DNA from: a virus
Lineage: Duplodnaviria > Caudoviricetes
Length of the DNA stretch: 58,852 bases
Reading direction: 5' to 3' (one strand)
Virus record (IMG/VR): IMGVR_UViG_3300020463_000023
Coordinates: 1 to 58,852 of that record
The position numbers were made by a program, and so were the translations under genes. The notes beneath the pieces are model-generated. The model saw only the letters and a list, made by a program, of their open reading frames with translations, did not search any database and had not been told where the DNA came from. Position 1 is the first letter of the stretch; every line of letters starts with the position of its first letter. Below, piece by piece: positions 1-8,935 of this stretch.

Positions 1-281
1 CCATAGAATTCACATACTTCCCATTTGGTACTCCAATTGGTTGTTCTCCAATCGTACCAGTTAGACGCACCATATTCTACCTGCAACCTTGCTCTCTCCA
101 ACTTCTCTTTCTTTGTCTTTGCTGGAGGACCTGCTTCTGTTCCTTCTAATTGTTTAGGCATTGGATGGAAAAAATTAAGAAGACCGTTTGTATCTTTCTC
201 TTCTTTTACAATCTTCTCTATCTTGTCTATCACGGAATTCGGACCCGTGATAGATAGTTGATTATCGCACCAATTAGGCAT
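1..281 (-). CDS. DUF1281/YubB-like phage protein (partial, runs off window)
   Basis: Hand translation of the minus strand from ATG 281: MPNWCDNQLSITG...NWYDWRTTNWSTKW, the MPNWC and WYDWRxxNWxTKW signatures; not in the ORF track. Confidence 0.8.
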   Translation of the reverse strand, partial: MPNWCDNQLSITGPNSVIDKIEKIVKEEKDTNGLLNFFHPMPKQLEGTEAGPPAKTKKEKLERARLQVEYGASNWYDWRTTNWSTKWEVCEFY

Positions 282-570
282 CAACCGCCTCCTTAGATTT
301 AATTAAATTAAGATGAGATCCTGGAACATTCCATCTCTGACCTGCATCAGTTTTTACCAACACATATTTGATCTTAACTTTTTCAACGGTACCAGTTTCT
401 GTTCTACCGTGTCTGCCTTGGAACGAAACTCTGTCTCTGAATTTCAAACTGTGAGCATCTTGGAAGTGTAATTGATTTCTTCTCAACTTCACTGCCTCTA
501 CAACTTTGTTCAATTCATCGTTGTTCAACACACCGATGTCTGTGATCAACTTGTTCAACTTCATATACAT
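274..570 (-). CDS. small early protein with SH3/KOW-like C-terminal half
   Basis: AAGGAG upstream of ATG 570; DRVSFQGRHG..TGTVEKVKIKYVLV..W.VP beta-barrel pattern. Confidence 0.6.
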   Translation of the reverse strand: MYMKLNKLITDIGVLNNDELNKVVEAVKLRRNQLHFQDAHSLKFRDRVSFQGRHGRTETGTVEKVKIKYVLVKTDAGQRWNVPGSHLNLIKSKEAVDA

Positions 571-604
571 TTTTTTCAACTCCTTATTTGGTTAATGTAA
601 TTTC

Positions 605-632
605 AGTATATAATGGATTGGTAATACGTCAA
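605..632 (-). promoter_or_regulatory. sigma70-type early promoter
   Basis: minus strand TTGACG-N16-TATACT. Confidence 0.65.
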
Positions 633-675
633 CCTACCCTAGAAAGTCGCATAGAATGGAAGTTTTTAAGCCATA

Positions 676-723
676 ACACAAGATCTAGTAGTTGGTCTTG
701 CCGGATGGCACAAGAGATGTTCG
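676..723. promoter_or_regulatory. NrdR-box-like site with a weak partner 32 bp away, between divergent early promoters
   Basis: ACACAAGATCTAGTAG (676-691) fits acaCwAtATaTwGtgt; half-match GCACAAGAGATG starts at 708. Confidence 0.45.
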
Positions 724-750
724 GCATTATATTATATATATACCACCCGG

Positions 751-778
751 TTGACGGTAATAGGATCCATGTTAAAAT
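751..778 (+). promoter_or_regulatory. sigma70-type early promoter
   Basis: TTGACG-N16-TAAAAT with TG extension. Confidence 0.65.
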
Positions 779-887
779 GAATTATGATTACAAGGTTGCA
801 GATGCTGAAGATCTCATATCAGTCCTCGTCAGAGGCATTGAAGAAGGCGTCTGCGGTAATCATTAACAACCAAAGGGAGGATATATA

Positions 888-1130
888 ATGTCAGACACAT
901 TAAACAAAAAAGAAATAGATCAACTATTAGATCTTTTCAATAAAATTAAGTTAGACCTACAGGATTCAAGTTTTCCAACAAGGACTAACAGACTCGAGGC
1001 TGTGGAGAACATGAAGAAGGTCCTTAACATACATGGATATGAAGTCAAAAACGCACCCACGATTGAACCTACAAAGTTCGCAGACGCATTGGATCATCAC
1101 GAGATAATGCAGAAAGGCATAGTGAGATGA
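888..1130 (+). CDS. hypothetical early protein
   Basis: GGAGG SD; first of a coupled run of small ORFs. Confidence 0.7.
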   Translation: MSDTLNKKEIDQLLDLFNKIKLDLQDSSFPTRTNRLEAVENMKKVLNIHGYEVKNAPTIEPTKFADALDHHEIMQKGIVR

Positions 1131-1384
1131 TAGAAGGATTGCAGGTCAAGAGCATAGATCAAATATTTGAAGACATGATAGACTCATACACCAAAGGCCA
1201 GTACCTGGATGGATACACCCAGGATGGTGACGATGCCCTCATGGGTCCGAAGAAGTTTGGAGAAAGATTCCATAACATCTGCCTAGGGTTCGGATACAGA
1301 GAAGCGGAGATCATACCTGCAAAGATGGAGATACAGGAATGGTGCCAGGAACACCTTTCTCACCTGGAGAGCAAGTTCAGATGA
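1127..1384 (+). CDS. hypothetical protein
   Basis: ATGA overlaps with both neighbours. Confidence 0.7.
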   Translation: MIEGLQVKSIDQIFEDMIDSYTKGQYLDGYTQDGDDALMGPKKFGERFHNICLGFGYREAEIIPAKMEIQEWCQEHLSHLESKFR

Positions 1385-1575
1385 TCCTAGAAGCGATTGC
1401 AGGCATTGTGATGAATGTCATGGTGGCGGATAGTGCCACAGGACAGCATATCGTCAAAGGTATCTTCACCTACAATAAAATTGAACAGATGAAAAAAGAT
1501 GATAAGTGGAAGGCGAGCCTACACGAGGAGTCATATCAGATTTTGAAAGACGCAATAAGAGAGGCAGGAAAATAA
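1381..1575 (+). CDS. hypothetical protein
   Basis: start reassigned to ATG 1381 (ATGA overlap), MILEAIAG. Confidence 0.6.
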   Translation: MILEAIAGIVMNVMVADSATGQHIVKGIFTYNKIEQMKKDDKWKASLHEESYQILKDAIREAGK

Positions 1576-1808
1576 TGACAACAGAAACACATAAACATCA
1601 TTTCCAGGTTGCCGACATAGGTGACTGGGATTTGGACCAAGACAGAAGCATCGTACCAAGCATCCATTCTGCCCTAAAGCGACAGGGCATAGAGGGAGTG
1701 GTAGACGGAGACGAGATGAACAACAGTTCATTTACCGTCTGGACCTACTCACCGAGAGAGGTCGTAGAACAGGCCCTCAAGGACGATGGTATAGACCTAG
1801 AAGATTAA
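1575..1808 (+). CDS. hypothetical protein
   Basis: start reassigned to ATG 1575 (TAATG overlap), MTTETHK. Confidence 0.65.
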   Translation: MTTETHKHHFQVADIGDWDLDQDRSIVPSIHSALKRQGIEGVVDGDEMNNSSFTVWTYSPREVVEQALKDDGIDLED

Positions 1809-2330
1809 TTACTTCTTAGGCTTAACAATTTTTGATTTCACTGGTGCTCTGGCACCTATTCTTTTGGCTACCGACTTGCCTTTGCTACCGGCCCTTTTGA
1901 TTTGAGCACCCTTCAATCTCAAAGATCCTGCTCCTGACCTTTTCGTCTGTGCTGTCTTCTTGCCAATGATCCCGGCCTTCTGTTTTCTCTTCATCCTTAT
2001 CTTTGCACCTTTGGCAGGATCTAATTTCTGGAAACAGGTGCTGGGTTTGGCAACGATACGGCCTTTCCTTGGTCCAGACGAGCATCTGAAACCTGATTTG
2101 ACCACGCCTTTCTTGGCTCGCCTCAGGATCTGGCTCACACCCTCCGCGATCGCAGAATGGTCAGGATGTTCCTCGATGTTGTCAACCTCCAGTGCCAATA
2201 TATCTTCTGGCACTATATCTTGTGACACTATATCTTGTGTCTGACCGCCTTTGATGACACTAGATGTTGTGGCACTAGATGTTGTGTTTTCTGATTGCGA
2301 TGGCACTAGGGTGATTTCTGTGATCTTCAT
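1809..2330 (-). CDS. late basic protein, probable internal head protein
   Basis: TATAAATA-N5-ATG; MKITEI N-terminus, acidic first half, K/R-rich C-half (FRCSSGPRKGRIV..C). Confidence 0.7.
   Translation of the reverse strand: MKITEITLVPSQSENTTSSATTSSVIKGGQTQDIVSQDIVPEDILALEVDNIEEHPDHSAIAEGVSQILRRAKKGVVKSGFRCSSGPRKGRIVAKPSTCFQKLDPAKGAKIRMKRKQKAGIIGKKTAQTKRSGAGSLRLKGAQIKRAGSKGKSVAKRIGARAPVKSKIVKPKK
2210..2287. promoter_or_regulatory. array of four NrdR-box-like 16-bp palindromes inside a CDS
   Basis: GCACTATATCTTGTGA 2210, ACACTATATCTTGTGT 2225, ACACTAGATGTTGTGG 2257, GCACTAGATGTTGTGT 2272; spacing 15/32/15; degenerate copy at 2195. Confidence 0.65.
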
Positions 2331-2371
2331 ACGAGTATTTATAGACCTTACACCTAACTGAACTAACCTTA

Positions 2372-2424
2372 CTGATGCTTAAACTAATGCTTAAACTAAT
2401 GCTTTACCTAATGCTTAACCTAAT
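2372..2424. repeat. 12-bp tandem repeat CTAATGCTTAAA, about 4.4 copies
   Basis: ctgatgcttaaa ctaatgcttaaa ctaatgctttac ctaatgcttaac ctaat. Confidence 0.9.
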
Positions 2425-2497
2425 AACATTTTGTTACAGGTGCTACGTTCTAAACAAGATCAACTTCGCACGGATGGATGTGTTAAATACTGTTGCG

Positions 2498-2734
2498 ATG
2501 AAGATATTTGAAATCTACAACACAGATGAGAACATAGGGCCTGCTCCCGCAGATGCCTGTTCGAAGCCAGCAAAAGACCTGCCAGCATCGTGGATAGCGT
2601 CTTGTAAATCACAAGGAAAGAGAAAACGCACAGGCAACAGGAACGAGAAGGTTGGTGGGAAGACCATGAAGGTATCCGGCAAGAGGATCAAGGGCAAGAA
2701 GTATGGTGGCCCTTTACCGGATTATTCAAAATAA
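2498..2734 (+). CDS. small basic late protein
   Basis: TAAATA at 2484 then MKIFEI start; ends KKYGGPLPDYSK. Confidence 0.65.
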   Translation: MKIFEIYNTDENIGPAPADACSKPAKDLPASWIASCKSQGKRKRTGNRNEKVGGKTMKVSGKRIKGKKYGGPLPDYSK

Positions 2735-2753
2735 ATTAAAAATTACAGAACCT

Positions 2754-2775
2754 AATAGCGAGCCAATAGCGAGCC
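2754..2775. repeat. 11-bp direct tandem repeat AATAGCGAGCC x2
   Basis: seen directly between convergent genes. Confidence 0.85.
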
Positions 2776-2782
2776 GAGTGTG

Positions 2783-3370
2783 TTATTGTATGTCTATATT
2801 ACTAAGGTCGGAGTATGGTTTGTAGTCGTGTTCGAACTTGCCTGTGTTGATGTATACATCAAGTAATTTGGAGGCACTTTCACACTCCTCATATCTCATC
2901 ATGTAATGATATCCTTGTTTAAAGACTTTTTGGTCTTTTATGTCATTATAAGAATCATCCCTGCCGTCGTAACTCATACTCTTCAATTGTTCGTAGTGCT
3001 CTTTGTTGTCCAATAGTATGGCACCACCCCTTACATTGTCGAGTGGTTTTGTGTGACCAAAACTTAGGCATTGATATTGTCTGCTCCTGTACATGTCCGG
3101 TTTTAGACATCTTGCACTGTCCCACACAGGAGTGCCCAAGAACTGATACTCATCACGCCAGGGACTCATGGAGAACTCGTAATCTACGCCTAATAATTTC
3201 ATCGTCATGGGCACACTGATGTAGGTGTGTGCCGAGAACCTACAGGTCTTGATTTGCAATAACCTGAAGCAGAGTTCTATGGCATGGGTACAACAGTCTG
3301 TGGTCACCACGTAAGGTGCGCCAGTGAAGTTGGCCAACTGCTGTTTAAACTTCCTAACGGATTCTGTCAT
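2783..3370 (-). CDS. short DegT/DnrJ/EryC1/StrS-family PLP aminotransferase
   Basis: TDCCTHAIELC, WDSA, LSFGHTKP (Schiff-base Lys position), GGAIL; only 195 aa. Confidence 0.8.
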   Translation of the reverse strand: MTESVRKFKQQLANFTGAPYVVTTDCCTHAIELCFRLLQIKTCRFSAHTYISVPMTMKLLGVDYEFSMSPWRDEYQFLGTPVWDSARCLKPDMYRSRQYQCLSFGHTKPLDNVRGGAILLDNKEHYEQLKSMSYDGRDDSYNDIKDQKVFKQGYHYMMRYEECESASKLLDVYINTGKFEHDYKPYSDLSNIDIQ

Positions 3371-3965
3371 ACACCTTATCCGCCCACTGTTGGTTCTGCT
3401 CCGCTGTCATGTGGTTGATTGCGCCAGCACTCCATCCAGAATTCACTTTCCAACCACCACTGAATGCATATAAACTTTCATCTATGAATGTTCCTGTTTG
3501 TAATTGGATGCCTGCATCCTTGTTGTCATTACATTCGAAAGGTCTGAAACTCCACATCTGTACAATTTCACTTCGTGCCTGTGATAAAATGTTCTGATCA
3601 TAATGCTTCAATGCATATTCATAGGCCATCTCATCCTTGTCATAGTTGTGCAGGTGCTTCCAATAATCGTCCAACGCTTTGTAAACATTTGGATCGGCGT
3701 CACTCAACGGTTGGGTGTTTGCACTTAATACTAAACTGGGATGATACAACCTGTATGGTTCAGTCCAACAGAATATAGATATATCTGGCACCTTGTCCTG
3801 TGCTATCAATCTGTTGTACTGAAAGAACACACTCCAGATGCTCCTGCCTGGGTGTCCAAACCATCTTATTCTGTCTGCTCCTAGTTTCTGTTGTAGTATG
3901 TTGCACCAACTCTCTGGTTGATTACTTGCACAGAAACTGTCTCCGAAAAATCCTATTGTCTTCAT
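3354..3965 (-). CDS. SGNH/GDSL-like protein
   Basis: start reassigned to MKTIGFFGDSF; GDS block, GxS block, C-terminal NH. Confidence 0.55.
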   Translation of the reverse strand: MKTIGFFGDSFCASNQPESWCNILQQKLGADRIRWFGHPGRSIWSVFFQYNRLIAQDKVPDISIFCWTEPYRLYHPSLVLSANTQPLSDADPNVYKALDDYWKHLHNYDKDEMAYEYALKHYDQNILSQARSEIVQMWSFRPFECNDNKDAGIQLQTGTFIDESLYAFSGGWKVNSGWSAGAINHMTAEQNQQWADKVYDRIR

Positions 3966-3990
3966 ATACTGATAATTATCTACATACATT

Positions 3991-4542
3991 ATGAAATACA
4001 CCTACTCTGATTGGAATCACAAACAAGGCACAGTGCCAGTGCAATGGCAACCAAAGGACTATGAAAGTTTGCCATGGTATGAGAATCCTGATAAGCGGCA
4101 AGGCTTCACAACCGCAGAAGAAAACTACAACATATACAAGGAGAGGGTAGGATGCCTGATACCCAAGTTCGAGCAGGTAGGCAAAGGTGTTTTCATTCCT
4201 GATGATGTTGATAAAGTGTTTGGATATGTGGTTAATTTTTTCAATCTTACAGACACGGTGTACGCCTTCGCAAAGTACACACCTGGACTGATACTGCCTT
4301 GGCACAAGGATAACTATCCGACATACGCCCGAAACAAGAAGGCCAAGGTTGAAGAAATTGTCAGAATAATGATATTCCTACATGACCCTGCTCCTGGACA
4401 CCAGTTATGGATCGAGGATCAGTACTGCACAGGACCAGCAGGTGCATGGTTCAGTTGGCAAGGGGCAACCAAGCACATGGCCGCCAATCTCGGAGAGACC
4501 AACAGGTACATGATACAAATTACAGGAAAAATTAGTAATTAG
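3991..4542 (+). CDS. 2OG-Fe(II) oxygenase (Asp/Asn beta-hydroxylase-like)
   Basis: PGLILPWHKD (HxD), HMAANLG..R.MIQITG. Confidence 0.75.
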   Translation: MKYTYSDWNHKQGTVPVQWQPKDYESLPWYENPDKRQGFTTAEENYNIYKERVGCLIPKFEQVGKGVFIPDDVDKVFGYVVNFFNLTDTVYAFAKYTPGLILPWHKDNYPTYARNKKAKVEEIVRIMIFLHDPAPGHQLWIEDQYCTGPAGAWFSWQGATKHMAANLGETNRYMIQITGKISN

Positions 4543-5701
4543 GTTTCAATATTGTGTGACATTGCCAACTCTGGCCCTCTGGAGAACGCGACATGCCACT
4601 TTTGCGTTTCAGCGTGCCTTGATACCATGCCGCTTGTAATTCTCGATTCCATAAATGATTGTAAAAGTGATTGTGATTATGCTCCAGTATCGGTTCCAAC
4701 TTTTCATAAACCTGTTTGGGATCCTCCTGTGACAACTTATACATAGAGTCTAACAACATTTTCATTCTTTTATCTACGTCCGGCTCAGCGTCATAAGACT
4801 CATCTATTACAGGTGAAAAAGTTTTGAAACCTAAACTTCGGAATGCTTTGAGGTGATGCATGGTGCCCATTATTACAAACGGTCTCTTTGCCACTATAGG
4901 CTTTGCCTCCTTCTCGCTGAACATGGACAAACGGCTGTCGTCGGGTATAACGGTCTCCACTACACAAGAGTAATGGGACTGATTATATATGCTAGGGTCA
5001 ATGAGATCACTGCACCTTAGATTATGATCTTCCGCTATCGACTGTGCTCCAGACTTTCCATCCGTGGGCTTCACAACATCAGGCCCCCAATGTGTCACTC
5101 CTCTGGCATGACAGGTCGAGAAAGTGACCGAGTCTGTCTTATGCTCTTTCAACATGTCGTAAAGTTCTACGTGATGACTGCACATGAGCTCCCAGTGGTA
5201 TTTCTTATCCAGCGAATGCGAAACTTTTTGTAAAAGGGATCTGCAGACCGGAGATGTACGGTAAATTTTATTGCCCTCAAAGAACATGTCATTCAGGTAG
5301 TGCATCGGACGGTTGAGGTGTACATGAGATATTAAATTAGCAAAGAATGTTACAGGATCGTCTTTTGAGAATCTGTTGATGAAATCGTCTGTATAATAAT
5401 AAGGGCCCTCCGCTATGTTGTTTTCATAGTCCCAGCCATGCTTTGCTTCATCTTTCCAGAAAACAAGCGGTTCTCCCAGACCAACATAGACATGATTCGA
5501 CAATGTCATGTGAGTCCTTATCCTGTCTTCCAATGCGGCGAGAGACTGTAATGTTCCATTAAAGTCTTGTAGGTATGAATACTTTAGATCACAAGTAACG
5601 TTTTTAAATTTATCTAGATCTGTGTAGAGTGTATGCTCTACATGGCGATCACGGACACAGTAATGATGCCATTGTTTGTCGATGTATCTTGCTAACTTCA
5701 T
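4532..5701 (-). CDS. glycosyltransferase-like protein (GT10-like C-terminal domain)
   Basis: VVET..FSEK..KPIVAKRPFV..GFKTF..IDESYD motif shared with three other ORFs here. Confidence 0.5.
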   Translation of the reverse strand: MKLARYIDKQWHHYCVRDRHVEHTLYTDLDKFKNVTCDLKYSYLQDFNGTLQSLAALEDRIRTHMTLSNHVYVGLGEPLVFWKDEAKHGWDYENNIAEGPYYYTDDFINRFSKDDPVTFFANLISHVHLNRPMHYLNDMFFEGNKIYRTSPVCRSLLQKVSHSLDKKYHWELMCSHHVELYDMLKEHKTDSVTFSTCHARGVTHWGPDVVKPTDGKSGAQSIAEDHNLRCSDLIDPSIYNQSHYSCVVETVIPDDSRLSMFSEKEAKPIVAKRPFVIMGTMHHLKAFRSLGFKTFSPVIDESYDAEPDVDKRMKMLLDSMYKLSQEDPKQVYEKLEPILEHNHNHFYNHLWNRELQAAWYQGTLKRKSGMSRSPEGQSWQCHTILKPNY

Positions 5702-5739
5702 TTTGTCTACTTATCGTTATAGTAGCACTTAAATACCTT

Positions 5740-6657
5740 GTGCATATATCTACCAAAAATGAATACGGAGAGTTGAAATCGATCATAGTCGGAAGTGTGG
5801 AAAACTTTGAGTGGCCAGCAAATGACAAAGAGTTCGATGAAGGAATTGCTCGATCCACTTATCACCAAACTCTAAACAGAGGCAAACCGCCACAGCATGT
5901 TTTGGATGATACCAGCAGAGACCTGGATCTGCTGTCAGCAATTTTAGAATACAGAGGCATTAAGGTCTACAGACCTGAGATACTTGGGCCTCATTGGGCC
6001 TACTCTGCCAGAGACATATTGTTGACAGTGGGAAACAAAGTCATTCAGTGTCCGACTCCATTTTCCAGTCGTGCTAACGAATTAGACTTGTATCCTTTCC
6101 TGGAAAAAAATACACAATGTGAAATAATCAAGGCCCCTAGACCTAGCAAAAAAACAGATCCAATCTTCGATGCGGCCAACATCTTAAAGATGGATGACAG
6201 GCTGTTGTATTCTCTTTCGCATTCGGCCAACGAAGCAGGAGCAGACTGGTTACAACAACAAGTGGGAAACGAGTTTGAGGTAGTGAAATGGCGTGTGGTT
6301 GATCATGAAATCACACACATCGATTCAACTCTGGCCTCATTGGACAAAAACATTGTATTGGTAAATGCATCGAGAGTGAAGGAAGACCAACTACCTAAGT
6401 TCATGCAGGACTTTACCAAGATATGGGTTGACGACGTCACTGCCGGTACCTTTCATAACTTTCCATACGCCTCCAAATGGATAGGGATGAATGTGCTTTC
6501 ACTTGATCCAGAAACAGTGGTGGTTGATGAGATCCAAACGCAATTAATAGAAAATTTAGAGGCCCATGGATTCAAGATAATTACTACATCAATGACACAA
6601 TCAAGAACACTTGGCGGTGGTTTCCACTGTGTGACATGTGACATGGAAAGAAAATAA
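5740..6657 (+). CDS. amidinotransferase 1 (glycine/inosamine-phosphate amidinotransferase family)
   Basis: NEYGELKSIIVG, RD, FDAAN, HIDST, GGGFHCVTCD catalytic Asp/His/Cys; likely GTG start 5740 after TAAATA. Confidence 0.85.
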   Translation: MHISTKNEYGELKSIIVGSVENFEWPANDKEFDEGIARSTYHQTLNRGKPPQHVLDDTSRDLDLLSAILEYRGIKVYRPEILGPHWAYSARDILLTVGNKVIQCPTPFSSRANELDLYPFLEKNTQCEIIKAPRPSKKTDPIFDAANILKMDDRLLYSLSHSANEAGADWLQQQVGNEFEVVKWRVVDHEITHIDSTLASLDKNIVLVNASRVKEDQLPKFMQDFTKIWVDDVTAGTFHNFPYASKWIGMNVLSLDPETVVVDEIQTQLIENLEAHGFKIITTSMTQSRTLGGGFHCVTCDMERK

Positions 6658-7754
6658 TGTTCAAAGTAACTCACCAATGGAATAAACTTAAAACATGTGT
6701 AGTAGGCAGTGCCTATCCCCCGGAACTGTTTGACTTTATAAAGGATGTTAATTTAAGAAAAACTTTTGAAACATTGGCAATGGAGACGGAAGAGGACATA
6801 AAAAAACTTGTAACGTTTCTCGAAACATCTGGGATCAATGTGATAAGGCCAAAGATGCCAGATAACCTAGAAGAATTCAAGATATCAAACGGATACATTG
6901 CACCACCAATATCCGCTAGAGACTTCATGGCCATGATTGACGATAAACTTTACTATCCTGGATTGCCTAATCTTAATCACGCATGGATGGAGTTCGCAAA
7001 CATGAATGATGTTCAGTCAAAGAATGACCTGCAGAACCAAGAATTGAATCAACAGTGGTTGGAGTTTCAAAAGCAAGACAAATACATATTTGACCAGAAG
7101 ATCAGTTTCTATAAAGACATTTTTACACTTGCACTGCAACAAGGAAATGAGGTTGTTGCCAGTCCAATTGATTACATGAACTCATCATTTATTACCAGAT
7201 TAGGCGATAGAATGATCGTTGGCACCCAAAACTATCATGATGACCATGACAGCATCAAAAACAAATTCTCACATATGTTTCCTGGCAAGCAAATTTTTGT
7301 TGCTTCTAGCGAAGGCCATTCGGATGGATGTTTTACTCCCATATCCGAGAATCTTATCATATCTGCCTACGACACTATAGATTATAACAAGATATTCCCC
7401 AACGCAGAAGTAATCTCTGTTCCAGCGGAGATCACTTTAAAAGACGATAAGTTCAAAAAACAGATGCTTACCGCAGAACACAAATGGTTCCTTGAAGGAA
7501 TGGAGAACAACAAGGATCTCGTGGACATGGTTGATTACTACTTTAACACCTGGATCGGTGATGTGAACGAAACGGCGTTCATGGTCAACATATTAATGCT
7601 TGACGAAAAGAACGCGGTATGTTCAACTGACAACAAGCAGGTCAGAGAAGCCATGCACAGGCACGGAGTTGAATTACACGTCACACCTTTCAGACACAGA
7701 TGGTTCTGGGACACAGGTATACATTGCCTAACACAGGATCTGGACAGAGAATAA
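6657..7754 (+). CDS. amidinotransferase 2 (divergent paralog)
   Basis: WNKLKTCVVG, PPISARD, GHSDG, GIHCLTQDLDRE. Confidence 0.8.
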   Translation: MFKVTHQWNKLKTCVVGSAYPPELFDFIKDVNLRKTFETLAMETEEDIKKLVTFLETSGINVIRPKMPDNLEEFKISNGYIAPPISARDFMAMIDDKLYYPGLPNLNHAWMEFANMNDVQSKNDLQNQELNQQWLEFQKQDKYIFDQKISFYKDIFTLALQQGNEVVASPIDYMNSSFITRLGDRMIVGTQNYHDDHDSIKNKFSHMFPGKQIFVASSEGHSDGCFTPISENLIISAYDTIDYNKIFPNAEVISVPAEITLKDDKFKKQMLTAEHKWFLEGMENNKDLVDMVDYYFNTWIGDVNETAFMVNILMLDEKNAVCSTDNKQVREAMHRHGVELHVTPFRHRWFWDTGIHCLTQDLDRE

Positions 7755-8935
7755 TGTTTGACATTTTTAAAAAAAATAAAATTGTATATGACACAAAGAT
7801 AGGGTTCATAGGTCTGGGCAAACTGGGTATGCCATGTGCAGAGGCCATAGCAAAGAAAGGCTTTGATGTTGCAGGCTACGACATCTTGCCAAAAAAAAGC
7901 AATTTAATTGAGATAAGAGAAGACATAGCGGATGTGTGTAGAGACAGAGATATTGTATTCGTGGCCACACCCACGCCACACGAAGACGGCTATGACGGAA
8001 GGACTCCTACAAGTCACTTGCCTGTGAAAGATTTCAACTATGATGCGGTCAAGAAGGTGTTGTCTAAATGCGACAAACACATGGGACCGAACGATACTCT
8101 GGTTCTTATATCAACCGTATTACCAGGCACGATACGTAGAGAATTACAGCCGCTGGTAACAAAAACCAAACTTATGTATAATCCATATCTCATAGCCATG
8201 GGCACAGTGGCAGACGACATGATCAATCCTGAGATGATAATGATAGGATCCAAGAATGGACTCGCGGGCAGAACCTGTAAGGCCAGATCAGAACTATTGG
8301 AAAGTTTCTACAACCAAGTGTGTGAAAATTTCCCACGCATAGAGTTTGGAACATTTGAAGAAGTCGAGTCAATGAAGATATTTTACAACACGTTTATCAG
8401 CAACAAAGTGGCATTGGTCAATATGATACAGGATGTTGCACATAAACTTGGAAACATGAACGTAGATGTTGTCACACAGGCCTTGGCCAAGAGCACTAAA
8501 CGTATTATAAGTCCTGCCTACATGAAAGCGGGAATGGGTGATGGCGGAGCATGCCATCCAAGAGACAACATAGCTCTGCGTTGGTTGGCCAAAGAACTGT
8601 CATTGGGTTATGACATGTTTGAATCTATTATGACAGCACGTGAAAAACAGGCAGAAACAATGGCTTTGGCAATTCTAAAGTATGGAAAGAACATCGCTTT
8701 CACTTCAGACAGTTACAAACCAGGTACACAGTTGGTCGATGGTTCCAGCTCACTACTCCTGCAACACTATGTGCAAAAACATGGTGGCATAATAGTTGAC
8801 GGCGTGGACGAACCTGTAGAGGTGATAGTGAGGATACACGAGTCTGACCAAGTCACCACAGACAATAACACCATAATTTTTGATCCATGGAGATCATACC
8901 CTGAAGCGGAGAATGTTGTACACTATGGCAAATAA
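7754..8935 (+). CDS. UDP-glucose/GDP-mannose dehydrogenase family protein
   Basis: GLGKLG Rossmann, PTP, ISTVLPGT, NP, K..YNTF, GDGGACHPRD catalytic Cys; TAATG start. Confidence 0.9.
   Translation: MFDIFKKNKIVYDTKIGFIGLGKLGMPCAEAIAKKGFDVAGYDILPKKSNLIEIREDIADVCRDRDIVFVATPTPHEDGYDGRTPTSHLPVKDFNYDAVKKVLSKCDKHMGPNDTLVLISTVLPGTIRRELQPLVTKTKLMYNPYLIAMGTVADDMINPEMIMIGSKNGLAGRTCKARSELLESFYNQVCENFPRIEFGTFEEVESMKIFYNTFISNKVALVNMIQDVAHKLGNMNVDVVTQALAKSTKRIISPAYMKAGMGDGGACHPRDNIALRWLAKELSLGYDMFESIMTAREKQAETMALAILKYGKNIAFTSDSYKPGTQLVDGSSSLLLQHYVQKHGGIIVDGVDEPVEVIVRIHESDQVTTDNNTIIFDPWRSYPEAENVVHYGK

Noticed and set aside
805-845. Hammerhead-like CTGAAGA core
   Set aside because: No GAAA after a closable stem II and no suitable three-way junction.
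588-866. 92-aa ORF
   Set aside because: Spans two divergent promoters and a structured leader; no SD or motif.
2372-2424. CRISPR array or CtrA boxes
   Set aside because: No spacers and the unit is only 12 bp; TTAA half-sites are 8 nt apart rather than the 7 of the CtrA consensus.
2375-2497. N-terminal MLKLMLKL extension of ORF 2375-2734
   Set aside because: It is just the translated DNA repeat; a late box at 2484 and MKIFEI point to a start at 2498.
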